Origin: Gemmatimonas sp.
GTDB taxonomy: Bacteria; Gemmatimonadota; Gemmatimonadetes; Gemmatimonadales; Gemmatimonadaceae
Assembly: GCF_027531815.1 (NCBI RefSeq)
Contig: NZ_JAPZSK010000011.1
Coordinates: 4,223-68,222, forward strand
Length of the DNA: 64,000 nucleotides
Direction: 5' to 3'
Positions 27,398 through 38,032 of the stretch are shown here, piece after piece. Both the position numbers and the translations under genes were made by a program. A model generated the notes under the pieces. It was not told where the DNA came from and ran no database searches. It saw only the letters and a program-made list of their open reading frames with translations. Positions within the stretch are counted from its first letter, which is position 1. Each line of letters opens with the position of its first letter.

Positions 27398-28276
27398 ATG
27401 CTACGTATCGCCCTCCCCAACAAGGGGCGCCTCTCCGAAGACACCCGCGAGCTCTTCAATGACGCCGGACTCGAAGTCCGCTCGTCCGGCGAACGCGCCC
27501 TCACCGCCTCCCTCGGCGGGGAGTTCGAAGCCATCTTCGTGCGCGCCCAGGACATTCCGGAGTTCGTGGCCGACGGCGCGGCCGATGTGGGCGTGACCGG
27601 CTGGGACCTCGTGAACGAATCGGGACGCCCGCTCACCTCCCACCTCGACCTCGGCTTCGGCCGGTGCCGCCTCGTCGTGGCCGCGCGGGAGGACTCGGGC
27701 ATTCGCTCGGTGGCCGACATCGGCAAGGATGGGGAGCGCATGCGTGTGGCGACCGTCTTTCCCAACATCACCCGCCGCTTCTTTGCACAGGCCGGCCGAC
27801 CGGTGGATGTGGTCCCGGTGTCGGGAGCCGCCGAGATCGCGCCGCACCTGGGCATCGCCGATGTGGTCGTGGATCTCACCTCCACCGGCAGTACCCTGCG
27901 CGTGAATGGCCTGCGCGAGATCGAAACCGTCCTGCGCTCGAGCGCGCACCTCATCACCGCCGAAGGCGGGCCGCGCAACGGTGACCCCGATCGCCGGCAG
28001 GAGCTCGATGATCTGGTCGTGGCCCTTGCCAGCGTGATTCGCGCGCGCAGCCAGCGCTACCTCATGGCGAACGTCCCACGCAAGGCACTCGCCCAGGTGC
28101 GCGACGTGCTGCCGGGGCTCAACGGCCCCACGGTCATCGAAATTGCCGAGTCGAGTCAGTACGTGGCGGTGCACGCCGTCGTGAGCGCCGCGACCATCTA
28201 TCGCACCATTTCGCAGCTGCGTGCGCTCGGTGGCGAGGGCATTCTCGTCACCCGCATCGAGAGGCTCGTGCCGTGA
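27398..28276 (+). CDS. hisG: ATP phosphoribosyltransferase, long form
   Basis: ALPNKGRL, RAQDIPEFVADGAADVGVTG, DLTSTGSTLRVNGL, C-terminal ACT-like domain. Start at ATG 27398. Confidence 0.96.
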   Translation: MLRIALPNKGRLSEDTRELFNDAGLEVRSSGERALTASLGGEFEAIFVRAQDIPEFVADGAADVGVTGWDLVNESGRPLTSHLDLGFGRCRLVVAAREDSGIRSVADIGKDGERMRVATVFPNITRRFFAQAGRPVDVVPVSGAAEIAPHLGIADVVVDLTSTGSTLRVNGLREIETVLRSSAHLITAEGGPRNGDPDRRQELDDLVVALASVIRARSQRYLMANVPRKALAQVRDVLPGLNGPTVIEIAESSQYVAVHAVVSAATIYRTISQLRALGGEGILVTRIERLVP

Positions 28277-29742
28277 CCGCGTCGGTGGAAGCCTCCGTGC
28301 AGTTACGGGCGTTCGGGGCGCTGGCGTCACTCGATGCACCCACGCGTCGTGCCATCGTGGACCGCTCGTCCACGACCGACGGCAGCGTGCGCGAACGCAC
28401 CGCCGCCCTCATCGCCCAGGTACGCGAGCGTGGTGACGACGCGCTGTTCCAGTTCGCCCGCGACTTCGACCGCGTGACGCTCACCTCCCTCGAGGTACCG
28501 CGCCGCGCGTGGGACGCCGCGCTCGAATCACTCGACCCCGCGTTGCGTGTGTCCCTCGAGCGTGCCGCACGGAACATCGCCGCCGTGCACGCGGCGTTTC
28601 GCCCCGTGGAGACCGTCTGCTCCCCCGAACCCGGCATCACGGTGGGGCGCCGGCCGGACCCGCTGCAGCGCGTGGGGATCTACGCGCCCGGCGGACGCGC
28701 CGCCTACCCCAGTTCGCTGCTCATGGGCGCCGTTCCCGCGCGCGTGGCCGGCGTACAAGAGGTGATCGTCTGCTCGCCGCCGGGCCCCGATGGCATGCCA
28801 TCACCGGTCGTACTCGCCGCGGCCGCGCTGGCCAATGTGGACCGGGTGTTCGCGCTCGGCGGCGCCGGCGCCGTCGCCGCCATGGCGCTCGGCACCACGA
28901 GCGTGCCGCGCGTGGATCGCATCATGGGTCCGGGCAACGCGTACGTGGCCGAGGCCAAGCTGCAACTCGTGAACAGCGTGGCCATCGACTCGCCAGCCGG
29001 GCCGAGTGAGCTGCTCGTGCTGGCCGATGCGTCGGCCAACGCCGAGGCCATGGCGCGCGAGATGCTGGCGCAGGCGGAACACGATCCCGACGCGGCCGTG
29101 ATTGCGGTGCTGGCGGGCGATGACGTGGACAACCTGGCGTCGCGCGTGCGCGACGCGCTGGCAGCGCAGATCGCGGTGGCGCCCCGCGCCGAGGTGGTGA
29201 TGCAGTCGCTACGTGAGCGGGGCGCAATCGTCACGGTGTCATCGCTCGACGAGGCCATCGTGTTCACCAACGAATGGGCCGCGGAGCACCTGCTGCTGGT
29301 GGTGCGCGACGCGGTGCGCGACCGCACGCTCGCGGCGCTGCGCAGCGCCGGCACCATCTTTGTGGGCGCGTCGAGCAGCGTGGCCTACGGCGACTACATG
29401 ACAGGGGCCAACCACGTACTGCCCACCGCCGGTGCGGGGCGCAGCTACTCGGGGCTCAGCACCCTCGACTTCGTGCGCTGGACCACGTGGCAGCAGGTCA
29501 CGCCGGCCGCCGCGGCATCACTGAGCGAAGACGTGGGGCGCTTTGCCGACGCCGAGGGACTGCCGGCACACGCCGCCGCCGCCCGCGCCTGGGCCCCCCC
29601 AACCTTCCCGGCCTTCCCGGGGTCAGAGCTGGGGTCAGAGTTGGGGTCAGAGCTGGGGTCAGAGCTGGGGTCAGAGCTGGGGTCAGAGCTGGGGTCAGAG
29701 CTGGGGTCAGAGCTGGGGTCAGAGCTGGGGTCAGAGCCATGA
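28273..29742 (+). CDS. hisD: Histidinol dehydrogenase with repetitive (GSEL)n C-terminal tail
   Basis: [59 protein letters not shown]. Confidence 0.95.
   Translation: MTASVEASVQLRAFGALASLDAPTRRAIVDRSSTTDGSVRERTAALIAQVRERGDDALFQFARDFDRVTLTSLEVPRRAWDAALESLDPALRVSLERAARNIAAVHAAFRPVETVCSPEPGITVGRRPDPLQRVGIYAPGGRAAYPSSLLMGAVPARVAGVQEVIVCSPPGPDGMPSPVVLAAAALANVDRVFALGGAGAVAAMALGTTSVPRVDRIMGPGNAYVAEAKLQLVNSVAIDSPAGPSELLVLADASANAEAMAREMLAQAEHDPDAAVIAVLAGDDVDNLASRVRDALAAQIAVAPRAEVVMQSLRERGAIVTVSSLDEAIVFTNEWAAEHLLLVVRDAVRDRTLAALRSAGTIFVGASSSVAYGDYMTGANHVLPTAGAGRSYSGLSTLDFVRWTTWQQVTPAAAASLSEDVGRFADAEGLPAHAAAARAWAPPTFPAFPGSELGSELGSELGSELGSELGSELGSELGSELGSELGSEP
29619..29738 (+). repeat. 12-bp tandem repeat GGGGTCAGAGCT x10 (VNTR) inside the hisD 3' end
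   Basis: Ten units; unit 2 ends in TT and unit 10 ends in CC; followed immediately by ATGA (hisC start / hisD stop). Confidence 0.95.
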
Positions 29743-30809
29743 CCGACCGCCTCGCCTTCGCCCGCGCGTTGTACGACGCCGTGCCGCTCTACGACCCCAA
29801 GCGCACGCCGGTGGATCTCGATCTCACCGACAATACGAACCTGTGGGGGCTTCCGCCCACGGCCGAGCGTACGCTGCGCGAGCTCGCGGTATCGCGGGTA
29901 ACGCGCTATCCGTCGCTCTACGCGGCGGAGCTCAAGGAGGAACTCGCGAGGTTCGTGGGGGCCACACCGGAATGCATCGTGACCGGCTGCGGCTCCGACG
30001 ACATTCTCGACAGCGCCATGCGGGCCTTCGGCGAACCCGGGAGCGTGGTGGCCAGCAGCGAGCCGAGCTTCGCCATGATTCCCATCTTCGCGCAGATGAA
30101 CGGGCTGCAGTATGTGGGCGTGACGGAACGCGCCGATCATCAGCCCGACCTCGACGCCTTGCTCGCGGCCAAGCCGCGCATTCTGTATCTGTGCTCGCCC
30201 AACAACCCCACTGGCGCGCTGCTGCAGCGCGAGACCCTCGAGCGTGCCGTGCGGGAGGCGCCGGGCGTGGTGTTCGTCGATGAGGCGTACGCGGAGTTCA
30301 GTGGCGTGTCGGCAGTCGAGCTGGCCAGGCGCGTGGACAACCTGCTGGTGATTCGGACCATGTCGAAGGCGTTCGGCCTGGCCGGCCTGCGGCTGGGATA
30401 CGGCATCGGCGCCGCGCCGCTGGTGCGTGATGTGGAGAAGAGCCGCGGCCCCTACAAGCTCAACAGCGTGGCGGAGCAGATGGCGCTGGCCGCCCTGCGC
30501 CACGATATGCACTGGGTGCAGGAACACGTCGCGTTGGCGGTGCAGAATCGCGAACGTCTCGCCACGGCGCTGCGCGATCGCGGGTATGCGCCACTCGAAT
30601 CTCACGCGAATTACGTCTGCGTACCGGTGGCGCGCGCAGTGGACGTGGGCCAGGCCCTGCGGGCGCGTGGGGTGGCGGCCCGTCCGTTCCCGGCGCTGCC
30701 GCATGTAGGCGATACGCTGCGCGTCAGTGTGGGACCGTGGGATCTGGTACAACGTTTTCTGGAGGCGTTCGATGACGCCACCGCCGACATCTACGGGCAT
30801 GCATCATGA
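29739..30809 (+). CDS. hisC: Histidinol-phosphate aminotransferase
   Basis: DLTDNTN, GCGSDDIL, CSPNNPTG, DEAYAEF, RTMSKAFGLAGLRLGY, LRVSVG. Start at 29739. Confidence 0.95.
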   Translation: MTDRLAFARALYDAVPLYDPKRTPVDLDLTDNTNLWGLPPTAERTLRELAVSRVTRYPSLYAAELKEELARFVGATPECIVTGCGSDDILDSAMRAFGEPGSVVASSEPSFAMIPIFAQMNGLQYVGVTERADHQPDLDALLAAKPRILYLCSPNNPTGALLQRETLERAVREAPGVVFVDEAYAEFSGVSAVELARRVDNLLVIRTMSKAFGLAGLRLGYGIGAAPLVRDVEKSRGPYKLNSVAEQMALAALRHDMHWVQEHVALAVQNRERLATALRDRGYAPLESHANYVCVPVARAVDVGQALRARGVAARPFPALPHVGDTLRVSVGPWDLVQRFLEAFDDATADIYGHAS

Positions 30810-31438
30810 CTGATGTACTGCGCGTCACCGTCTTCGATTACGGAGCCGGCAACCTGCACTCACTGATCAAGGCCATCGAAGCCGGTGGTGCAACCGTGCG
30901 TGTCGAGACCGACCCGGCAGCGGCCGTGCGCGATACCGATGCGTTGGTGCTGCCCGGTGTGGGGGCGTTCGCGCCGGCGGCCGAGCGCCTGGCACCAGGC
31001 CGCGCGGCCATGCGTGAGGCATTGCTCGGCGGATTGCCGGCACTTGGCATCTGTCTCGGCATGCAGCTGCTGTTCGACGCCAGCGACGAGGGCCCGGGCG
31101 AGGGATTGTGCCTCGTTCCCGGTCGCGTGGCAAAACTCACCGCCGAACGGGTGCCGCAGATCGGCTGGAATCGGCTCCACGAGGTCCGCGATCCGTTGCT
31201 GCAGGCGTCCGGGCTCGACGTAGCCTACTATGCCAATTCCTATGTTGGTCGCCCCACGGCCGAGGGCGAGGCGTTCGTGACGGCGTGGAGCGAGCATGAA
31301 GGGGATCGGTTTCCCGCAGCGGTGCGCCGCGCCAACGTGATCGGCACGCAGTTCCATCCCGAGAAGTCGAGTGCACGGGGCGTGGCCTTCGTGCGCGCGT
31401 TCCTCGACTTCGCGTCTTCCGTGAGGACTCCCGTATGA
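30806..31438 (+). CDS. hisH: Imidazole glycerol phosphate synthase, glutaminase subunit
   Basis: DYGAGNL, LPGVGAF, GICLGMQ, PQIGWN, QFHPEKS. Confidence 0.95.
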   Translation: MTDVLRVTVFDYGAGNLHSLIKAIEAGGATVRVETDPAAAVRDTDALVLPGVGAFAPAAERLAPGRAAMREALLGGLPALGICLGMQLLFDASDEGPGEGLCLVPGRVAKLTAERVPQIGWNRLHEVRDPLLQASGLDVAYYANSYVGRPTAEGEAFVTAWSEHEGDRFPAAVRRANVIGTQFHPEKSSARGVAFVRAFLDFASSVRTPV

Positions 31439-32148
31439 TCGCTGTACCCGCCGTGGACCTGCGAGGCGGCAAGTGCGTGCAACTCGTGGGTGGCGACTAC
31501 GACGCGGAGAAGGTGCGACTCGACGATCCCGTGGCCGTGGCGCGTGATTGGGTGCGCGAGGGGTTCAACCGGTTGCACGTGGTGGATCTCGACGCGGCGA
31601 CCGGGCGCGGACGCAACGACGAGGTAATTCGCGAGATCCTGCGCACCGCGGGCGTGCCGGTGCAGGTGGGGGGCGGCGTGCGCGACGAAGCCTGCATCGA
31701 GCGCCTCCTGGACGATGGGGCCCAGTGGGTGGTGGTGGGGACGCGGGCCGTGGAGGACGAAGACTGGCGCACCGAGATGGCAGGTCGCTTCCCCGGGCGG
31801 CTCATCGTGGCGGCCGATGTGCGCGAACGGTACGTGGTCACCAAGGGATGGGCGGAGACGTCGCGCGTCAACGTCCTGGACTTCGTGGAGGAGCTGTCGG
31901 GGCTCCCGCTGGCCGGCGTGCTCGTCACCGCGGTGCACCTGGAAGGCAAGATGCAGGGCACGGACCTCCCGCTCATGGAAGACGTGACGGAGGCGTGCGC
32001 GTGGCCGGTGTTCGCCTCGGGCGGCGTGACCAGCCTGGAAGACATGCGGGCGCTCGAGCACCGCGGCCTGGCCGGCGCGGTGCTGGGCATGGCACTGTAC
32101 ACAGGCGCGATCGACTCGCGCCGTCTCGCTGAGGAGTTTGGCGCATGA
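31435..32148 (+). CDS. hisA: ProFAR isomerase
   Basis: PAVDLRGGKCVQL, LHVVDLD, QVGGGVR, VGTRAV, ASGGV, GMALYTG. Confidence 0.95.
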   Translation: MIAVPAVDLRGGKCVQLVGGDYDAEKVRLDDPVAVARDWVREGFNRLHVVDLDAATGRGRNDEVIREILRTAGVPVQVGGGVRDEACIERLLDDGAQWVVVGTRAVEDEDWRTEMAGRFPGRLIVAADVRERYVVTKGWAETSRVNVLDFVEELSGLPLAGVLVTAVHLEGKMQGTDLPLMEDVTEACAWPVFASGGVTSLEDMRALEHRGLAGAVLGMALYTGAIDSRRLAEEFGA

Positions 32149-32693
32149 CCGTCGTGGTACGGGAATCGAAGGAAACGCAGATCCGCATTGCCCTCAACGA
32201 GCCGTCGGTGACGCTGCCGACGATCGAAACGACCGAGCCGTTCCTCGACCACATGCTGGTGGCGCTGTCGAAGTATGCGGGGGTGTCGTTCGACATCCGC
32301 GCCAAGGGCGACCTGCGGCATCATCTCATCGAGGATGTGGCGATTGCTCTCGGCGCCGCGTTCGCCGCGCACACCCCGGCCAACTGTGCGCGCTACGGCG
32401 AGCGCACCGTGCCCATGGACGACGCCCTGGTGCAGGTGGTGATCGACATGGGTGGTCGCCCGTACTACCGCGGCCCGCTCCCCAGCGGCATCTACGACCA
32501 CTTCATGCGCTCCTTCGCCGACAACGCGAAGGCCACGCTGCACGTGCGCGTACTGCGCGGCACCGACAAGCACCACATCGTGGAAGCGGCGTTCAAGGCG
32601 CTGGGCTTCGCGCTGCGCGAGGCGCTCGTGGAGACCGGCGCGGTGTTCAGCACCAAGGGCTCCGTGAAGCTCGAGATCACCGGACAGGCTTGA
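32145..32693 (+). CDS. hisB: Imidazoleglycerol-phosphate dehydratase (monofunctional, compact)
   Basis: RESKETQI, FLDHML, HHLIED, PMDDAL, HHIVEAAFKALG, STKG. Confidence 0.93.
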   Translation: MTVVVRESKETQIRIALNEPSVTLPTIETTEPFLDHMLVALSKYAGVSFDIRAKGDLRHHLIEDVAIALGAAFAAHTPANCARYGERTVPMDDALVQVVIDMGGRPYYRGPLPSGIYDHFMRSFADNAKATLHVRVLRGTDKHHIVEAAFKALGFALREALVETGAVFSTKGSVKLEITGQA

Positions 32694-32694
32694 G

Positions 32695-33468
32695 ATGCTC
32701 ACCCGTCGTGTGATCGTCTGCCTGGACGTGAAGGGCGGACGTGTGGTGAAGGGGGTGAACTTCGTGGGGCTGCGTGACGTGGGCGATCCGGTGGCGCTGT
32801 CGGGGCGGTACGAGCTCGAAGGCGCCGACGAGATCACCTTCCTCGACATCTCGGCCAGTGCCGAGGAGCGCGCGACCCTGCTGGATGTGGCGCGTCGTAC
32901 CGCGGAGCGTCTGTTCATTCCACTCACCATTGGTGGTGGGGTGCGTACCGCGGACGATGTGGCGCGCGCCCTGCGCGCCGGCGCCGACAAGGTGTCGCTC
33001 AATTCGGCAGCGGTTTCGAACCCCGAGGTGCTGACGGCTGCCGCCGAGCGGTTCGGCGCGCAGTGCGTGGTGGCGAGCATTGACGCGAAGAAGAACGCCG
33101 ACGGGGTCTACAAGGTGTGGGTGAAGGGCGGACGCGAGGAAACGCCGCTCGAGGCCGTGGCATGGGCGCAGGAATGTGTCGCGCGTGGCGCAGGAGAGAT
33201 CCTCCTCACGAGCATCGACCGTGATGGGGCCCGCACGGGGTACGATCTCGAAATTACCCGCGCCGTGGCCGACGCGGTGCATGTGCCCGTCATTGCCTCG
33301 GGCGGTGCCGGCACGGCGGCGCACCTGGTGGATGCCGTGCAGCTGGCAGGCGCCGACGCCGTGCTCGTGGCGGGCATCCTGCACGACGGCCTCACCACCG
33401 TGCACGCGCTCAAGGCGGTCATGCGCGACGCCGGACTGGTGGTGCGTGACGCCATGGTGACGCCATGA
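32695..33468 (+). CDS. hisF: Imidazole glycerol phosphate synthase, cyclase subunit
   Basis: [41 protein letters not shown]. Confidence 0.96.
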   Translation: MLTRRVIVCLDVKGGRVVKGVNFVGLRDVGDPVALSGRYELEGADEITFLDISASAEERATLLDVARRTAERLFIPLTIGGGVRTADDVARALRAGADKVSLNSAAVSNPEVLTAAAERFGAQCVVASIDAKKNADGVYKVWVKGGREETPLEAVAWAQECVARGAGEILLTSIDRDGARTGYDLEITRAVADAVHVPVIASGGAGTAAHLVDAVQLAGADAVLVAGILHDGLTTVHALKAVMRDAGLVVRDAMVTP

Positions 33469-34247
33469 GCGAGCGCTCGCAGTCCCTGCTGCAGGCGGCC
33501 ACCGAAGTGGCCGAGTATGCCGCGCGCGTGGCCATGCGCTGGTATGGCGCCGGGGTGGCGGTGGAGACCAAGGCGGACGGCTCGCCGGTCACCATTGCCG
33601 ATCGTGAGGCCGAGCGCGAGGCACGCGCATGGATCGAGGCCCGCTTTCCGCACGATGGCCTGTTGGGCGAGGAATTCGACGACGTCCGCCCGCACGCCAC
33701 GCGGCGGTGGATCTTCGATCCGATCGACGGCACCAAGGCCTTCGTGCGCGGCGTGCCCCTGTGGGGGACACTGGTGGCCTGCTGCGAAGGGGAGACCGTG
33801 CTGGCGGGTGCGGCCTGCTATCCGGCCGTTGGCGAAACGGTATCGGCTGCCCCTGGTGAAGGGTGCTGGTGGAACGGGGCACGGGCGAGCGTCTCCACCA
33901 CCGGCACGTTGCGTACCGCCACGGCCCTGATCACCGACAGCCGCTTTCTCGAGCGGCCGCACCGCCGCGATCCCTGGAACGCGCTGGCGGCGGAGGTGGC
34001 CGTATGCCGTACGTGGGGCGATTGCTACGGCTACCTGCTCGTGGCCACCGGCCGCGCGGAGATCATGGTGGACGACATCATGAACCCGTGGGACTCGGCG
34101 GCGCTGCACCCCATCATCACCGAGGCGGGTGGCCGCTTCAGCGACTGGCGTGGGCAAGACACCGCGTTCGGTGGTGATGTCATTGCGACCAACGCGGCGC
34201 TGGCCAACGCGACGCGCCGTTTCCTGCTCGAAACCCCAAATCACTGA
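33465..34247 (+). CDS. hisN: Histidinol-phosphate phosphatase (inositol monophosphatase family)
   Basis: [36 protein letters not shown]; position within the his operon. Confidence 0.9.
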   Translation: MSERSQSLLQAATEVAEYAARVAMRWYGAGVAVETKADGSPVTIADREAEREARAWIEARFPHDGLLGEEFDDVRPHATRRWIFDPIDGTKAFVRGVPLWGTLVACCEGETVLAGAACYPAVGETVSAAPGEGCWWNGARASVSTTGTLRTATALITDSRFLERPHRRDPWNALAAEVAVCRTWGDCYGYLLVATGRAEIMVDDIMNPWDSAALHPIITEAGGRFSDWRGQDTAFGGDVIATNAALANATRRFLLETPNH

Positions 34248-34870
34248 TGACCACGCGCACGCTCCTCGATCTCGATGCCCTCGACTTCACCAAGGGCCAG
34301 GGGCTCGTCACGGTCGTGACGCAAGACGCCGGCACCGGTGTGGTGCTCATGGTGGCCCACGCCGACCGCGAGGCGCTCGAAGAGACGCTGCGTACCGGCG
34401 AGATGCACTACCGCTCGCGCAGTCGCGGGTTGTGGCACAAGGGCGGCACCAGCGGCAACGTGCAGCAGGTCGTGTCGCTCACGGCCGACTGCGACCGTGA
34501 TGCGGTTCTGGCGCGTGTCGTACCGGCCGGGCCTGCCTGTCACGATGGAACCACCTCCTGCTTCCGCGAAACCGCACTCGCCAGCGATGCGCTGTCGACC
34601 CTCGACGTCATCATTGCCCAGCGCGCGGCCGCGCCGGCGGCGGACGGCGAGCAGCCCAGCTATACACAGAAACTGCTGGCCGACCGCAACCTGCGGCTCA
34701 AGAAGCTCGGGGAAGAAGCGGTGGAGCTGGCCACCGCGTGTGTCGATCTCGACCGCGCGCGCGCCGTCGAGGAGACGGCCGATCTCGTGTATCACGCTCT
34801 GGTGGCGCTGCGCGCCGTGGGCGGGACACTCGATGATGTGCGTGCCGTGCTCGCGTCGAGAGCGCGCTGA
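34247..34870 (+). CDS. hisIE: Bifunctional phosphoribosyl-AMP cyclohydrolase / phosphoribosyl-ATP diphosphatase
   Basis: [54 protein letters not shown]. Confidence 0.95.
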   Translation: MTTRTLLDLDALDFTKGQGLVTVVTQDAGTGVVLMVAHADREALEETLRTGEMHYRSRSRGLWHKGGTSGNVQQVVSLTADCDRDAVLARVVPAGPACHDGTTSCFRETALASDALSTLDVIIAQRAAAPAADGEQPSYTQKLLADRNLRLKKLGEEAVELATACVDLDRARAVEETADLVYHALVALRAVGGTLDDVRAVLASRAR

Positions 34871-35039
34871 CGAGCACCGGGTGGCAGTGACGCCTCTGGG
34901 CACGATCGATGCACACCGCCGTGGTGCACGATGACCCGGAGGATCTGATGCGCACCAACCTGCCTCAGCAGGGCGAGGGACGGCCGGCGTTGCCAGGCGA
35001 GGCAGTGACCCACGGCGCCAGCCAGCGAGGGCCCGGGTA

Positions 35040-35687
35040 ATGGGACTCGAATCGCTGTACGACCTGTTGCTCGACGAACTCCGCGACCTGTACCACGCCG
35101 AACTGCAGATCGCCAAGACCTTGCCGCGGCTGGGCAAGGCGGCGCGAACGCCGGCGTTGCGCGACGCGCTGCGTCATCATCTCGAGGAAACCGAGCAGCA
35201 GATCGTGCGTCTCGAGGAGGTCTTCAACCTCCTCGGTGTGCGCGGCACGGGGCGGAAGTCGCGCGCGATGCTGGGCTTGCTCGATGAGGCCATCGACCTC
35301 ATCGCTGCCGAGGGATCCGATGTGGTGCGTGATGCGGCGCTCATCGCCGCGCTGCAGCGGGTGGCACACTACGAAATGGCCACCTACGGGACGGTCATCG
35401 CGCATGCCCGGATGCTGGGGCACTCGCCCATCGCGCGATTGCTCGAACAGTCGCGCGACGAGGAGCAGCGCACCAACGCCGTGCTCACGCGAATCGCGGA
35501 GCAGCACGTGAACCGCATGGCGGTGGACGTTGGCCGCTATGCCGAACGCAGCGAGCGTCTCGTCGCGCCCGACCCCCGGCCACGGCCGTTGGGGCATGAG
35601 GCGCGCCAAGGGGAGCAGGAGGTGCACCGGCCTCCGTCACGCGAGGTAGCGGAACCCACGATCGACCGCACCCACGGTTCAGCCTAG
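35040..35687 (+). CDS. Ferritin-like domain protein (DUF892/YciF family)
   Basis: LRDLYHAE.QI, HLEETEQQI.RLEEVF, DAALIAALQRVAHYEMATYG, EE..N. Confidence 0.85.
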   Translation: MGLESLYDLLLDELRDLYHAELQIAKTLPRLGKAARTPALRDALRHHLEETEQQIVRLEEVFNLLGVRGTGRKSRAMLGLLDEAIDLIAAEGSDVVRDAALIAALQRVAHYEMATYGTVIAHARMLGHSPIARLLEQSRDEEQRTNAVLTRIAEQHVNRMAVDVGRYAERSERLVAPDPRPRPLGHEARQGEQEVHRPPSREVAEPTIDRTHGSA

Positions 35688-37195
35688 AGTTCCCACCCCT
35701 TGCGGTAGGCGCGCGTGAGGAACGGATTGGCCTCGGGCGCATTGGTGAACTTCATGTTGGCGGCATCGTACAACACCTTGCGTCCCTGACCAGCGCGCAG
35801 CGCGGCAATGCCCAGCAGCATCGTTTCGGTCAGCGGGGCCGCCTGCGAGAAGGGCGAGCTGGTCTGTGCCTGTCCCTTGGCGGCCTGAATCCAGTTCTGC
35901 TCGTGCGACACCGTGATGCGCGGCATGGTCTTGGCCACCGCTTCGGCACGCTTGGCGGTGCCCTCGGGGTAGATGCGTGGACGGTTGCCGTAGGTTTCGT
36001 GGATGAGCAGGCCCTTGTCGCCCACGATCATCGCGCCGCCGCCGTCGCTGCCGGGGTTGGAGATGGGCGCATCATCGGGGAGCATGGCCGGACGCGGCGG
36101 CAGCAGTCCGCCATCGTACCAGTAGAGATCCACCGGTCCGCGCTTGCCCACCGCGGGATACTCGAACTGTGCCGTCATGGCCAGCGGGTAGGTGGCGGGG
36201 TTCTGCGCCCCGCCGCCCCACGGACTCGAGCTGGCGGTGATGCTGGTGGGATACGTGAGCTCGAGCGCCGTGTACGCCTGGTCGATGAGGTGGGCCCCCA
36301 TGTCGCCGATGGCGCCGACGCCGAAGTCGAGCCAGCCACGCCACGCGAACGGATGATAGGCCGGATGATACGGAATTTCCGGTGCCGGTCCGAGGAAGAG
36401 ATCCCAGTTGAATCCCTCCGGGGGCGAGTGATCATTGCTGGCCATGGCCGCGCGCACGGCGTTGTCCACCGTCCCCATGTTCCACTGCGGGCGCGGGTTG
36501 GTGTTGAGCACGGCGGCGCCCGCCACACGCGGACGCGGAATGCCCTGCGCCCAGTAGCGTACCGGGCGATCGGTCCACACGTGCACCTCGTGCACCTTGC
36601 CCAGCACACCGGAGCGCACGATCTCGGTCACGCGATGCGAGCCGTCCATGGAGTGCCCCTGGTTGCCCATCTGCGTGGCCAGCTTGGGGTTCTCCGCCGC
36701 CTTGCGCGCCAACAGTCGGCACTCGTGCACCGAATACGCGAGCGGCTTCTGCACGTACACGTGCTTCCCCAGCGACATCGCCGCCAGGGCAATGGTGGCA
36801 TGCAGATGATCGGGCGTGGCAATGAGCACCGCGTCGATGTCCTTCTGCTTCTCCAGCATCTGCCGGAAGTCGGTGTACTTGGCGGCCTTGGTGTACGCCT
36901 CCCCCAGCTGCACGTTCTGCGCGGTAGGCTGGCCTTCGCGGGGCTTGAGGCGCCCCTGCAGCGAGCGCTCCACGAACGGGAAGTCCACGTCGCACACGGC
37001 CACGATGTTCTCGGTGAGCATCTGCGACATGTTGCTCATGCCCATGCCACCGATGCCGACGCAGGCGATGTTGAGGGTATCGCTCGGTGCGCGGTACCCC
37101 TGGCCGCCCAGTACGTGGCGCGGCACGATCATGGCACCCATGGCCAGGGTGGCAGTCGTGCCGACGAAATCGCGACGGGAGAACGTCTCGGACAT
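35684..37195 (-). CDS. Gfo/Idh/MocA family oxidoreductase with Tat signal
   Basis: SRRDF twin-arginine motif, IACVGIGGMG, ATPDHLH, HVYVQKPL, QMGNQ, GDMGAH. Start moved to ATG 37195. Confidence 0.9.
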   Translation of the reverse strand: MSETFSRRDFVGTTATLAMGAMIVPRHVLGGQGYRAPSDTLNIACVGIGGMGMSNMSQMLTENIVAVCDVDFPFVERSLQGRLKPREGQPTAQNVQLGEAYTKAAKYTDFRQMLEKQKDIDAVLIATPDHLHATIALAAMSLGKHVYVQKPLAYSVHECRLLARKAAENPKLATQMGNQGHSMDGSHRVTEIVRSGVLGKVHEVHVWTDRPVRYWAQGIPRPRVAGAAVLNTNPRPQWNMGTVDNAVRAAMASNDHSPPEGFNWDLFLGPAPEIPYHPAYHPFAWRGWLDFGVGAIGDMGAHLIDQAYTALELTYPTSITASSSPWGGGAQNPATYPLAMTAQFEYPAVGKRGPVDLYWYDGGLLPPRPAMLPDDAPISNPGSDGGGAMIVGDKGLLIHETYGNRPRIYPEGTAKRAEAVAKTMPRITVSHEQNWIQAAKGQAQTSSPFSQAAPLTETMLLGIAALRAGQGRKVLYDAANMKFTNAPEANPFLTRAYRKGWEL

Positions 37196-37260
37196 TGTCA
37201 GATGGGGTGGGAAACAGGTGGCAGGAAGCAGGTGGCGGGGCGCGGACTTCGCCGGAGGCG

Positions 37261-38007
37261 TCAGTACCGCAGGCTCGGGATCATGATATAGCCTTCGCGC
37301 CAGCATCCGTCGAGGCGATGGGGCGGCAGTCCGGCGAGCGTGACGCGCTCGATGTCGCCCTGCGCCCACGCGAGCGGGGCAAGGCCGCCGACGACCGCCT
37401 GCAGCTGGTCGTGCGTGGGGGTACGATCCAGACGAATCGGCACGCGCGCCATGAGCCGGGCGGTGGCATCGCGCAGCGCGTCGGGCGTGGTCCGCCCCTT
37501 CCCCGGCACCGGCACGAGGCCCAGACTGCGCCACGCCGCCGTGGGAAAGGTTTCCGTGACGAAGCGCGCCGCCCGATCGCCGATTGCGCCCTGTTTCTCG
37601 GGCGCAGCGTGCCCGCTGCCCGGCAGCGCGTACCCGTACCGTGAGGTGAATCGCTCGAAGAGCGAAATGGAGAACTCGGTGAACGCGAGATAGCCGCGCG
37701 GCTTCACGCCGTCGGGCGGCAACCCTGTCTTCCCCGGCGCGCGCACCGCCTTCTCGCTCACTCGGCAATGCGGGGCATCGGTGCCGGGGGCCTTCCAGCC
37801 GAGTGGCCCGTCGATGGCGATGCCGGCCACGTGGTGCCGTGCGGCGAGCGCATGCAGCCAGTCGGCCAGCGTGTGCGCGTGCGGCGGGTCGGCGAGCGAT
37901 GCGTCAACGATGGTCGCGTCGATGCCGGCGTCGCTGGCGTCGAGCAGCACGACGCCGATGTCACGATGGCGCTTGTAGGCCAGATCGACGGAGAGAACGC
38001 GCGTCAC
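37261..38007 (-). CDS. DUF429-like protein (predicted RNase H-fold nuclease)
   Basis: VLSVDLA, IAIDGPLGW, ETFPTAAW, HDQLQA. Confidence 0.65.
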   Translation of the reverse strand: MTRVLSVDLAYKRHRDIGVVLLDASDAGIDATIVDASLADPPHAHTLADWLHALAARHHVAGIAIDGPLGWKAPGTDAPHCRVSEKAVRAPGKTGLPPDGVKPRGYLAFTEFSISLFERFTSRYGYALPGSGHAAPEKQGAIGDRAARFVTETFPTAAWRSLGLVPVPGKGRTTPDALRDATARLMARVPIRLDRTPTHDQLQAVVGGLAPLAWAQGDIERVTLAGLPPHRLDGCWREGYIMIPSLRY

Positions 38008-38032
38008 CTTCGGTCGGGGGCGGGGGGAAACG

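Noticed and set aside
29619-29738. hisD tandem repeat as a CRISPR array
   Set aside because: 12-bp units are directly adjacent with no unique spacers, and no cas genes are present.
29274-29738. N-terminal extension of the HisC ORF (GVRA repeats)
   Set aside because: Alternative frame of hisD and its VNTR; ATGA coupling supports a start at 29739.
31497-33405. Long minus-strand ORFs over hisA-hisB-hisF
   Set aside because: Antisense to well-conserved his genes.
37196-37768. N-terminal extension of the Gfo/Idh/MocA ORF
   Set aside because: Overlaps the DUF429 gene; the Tat signal at ATG 37195 marks the start.
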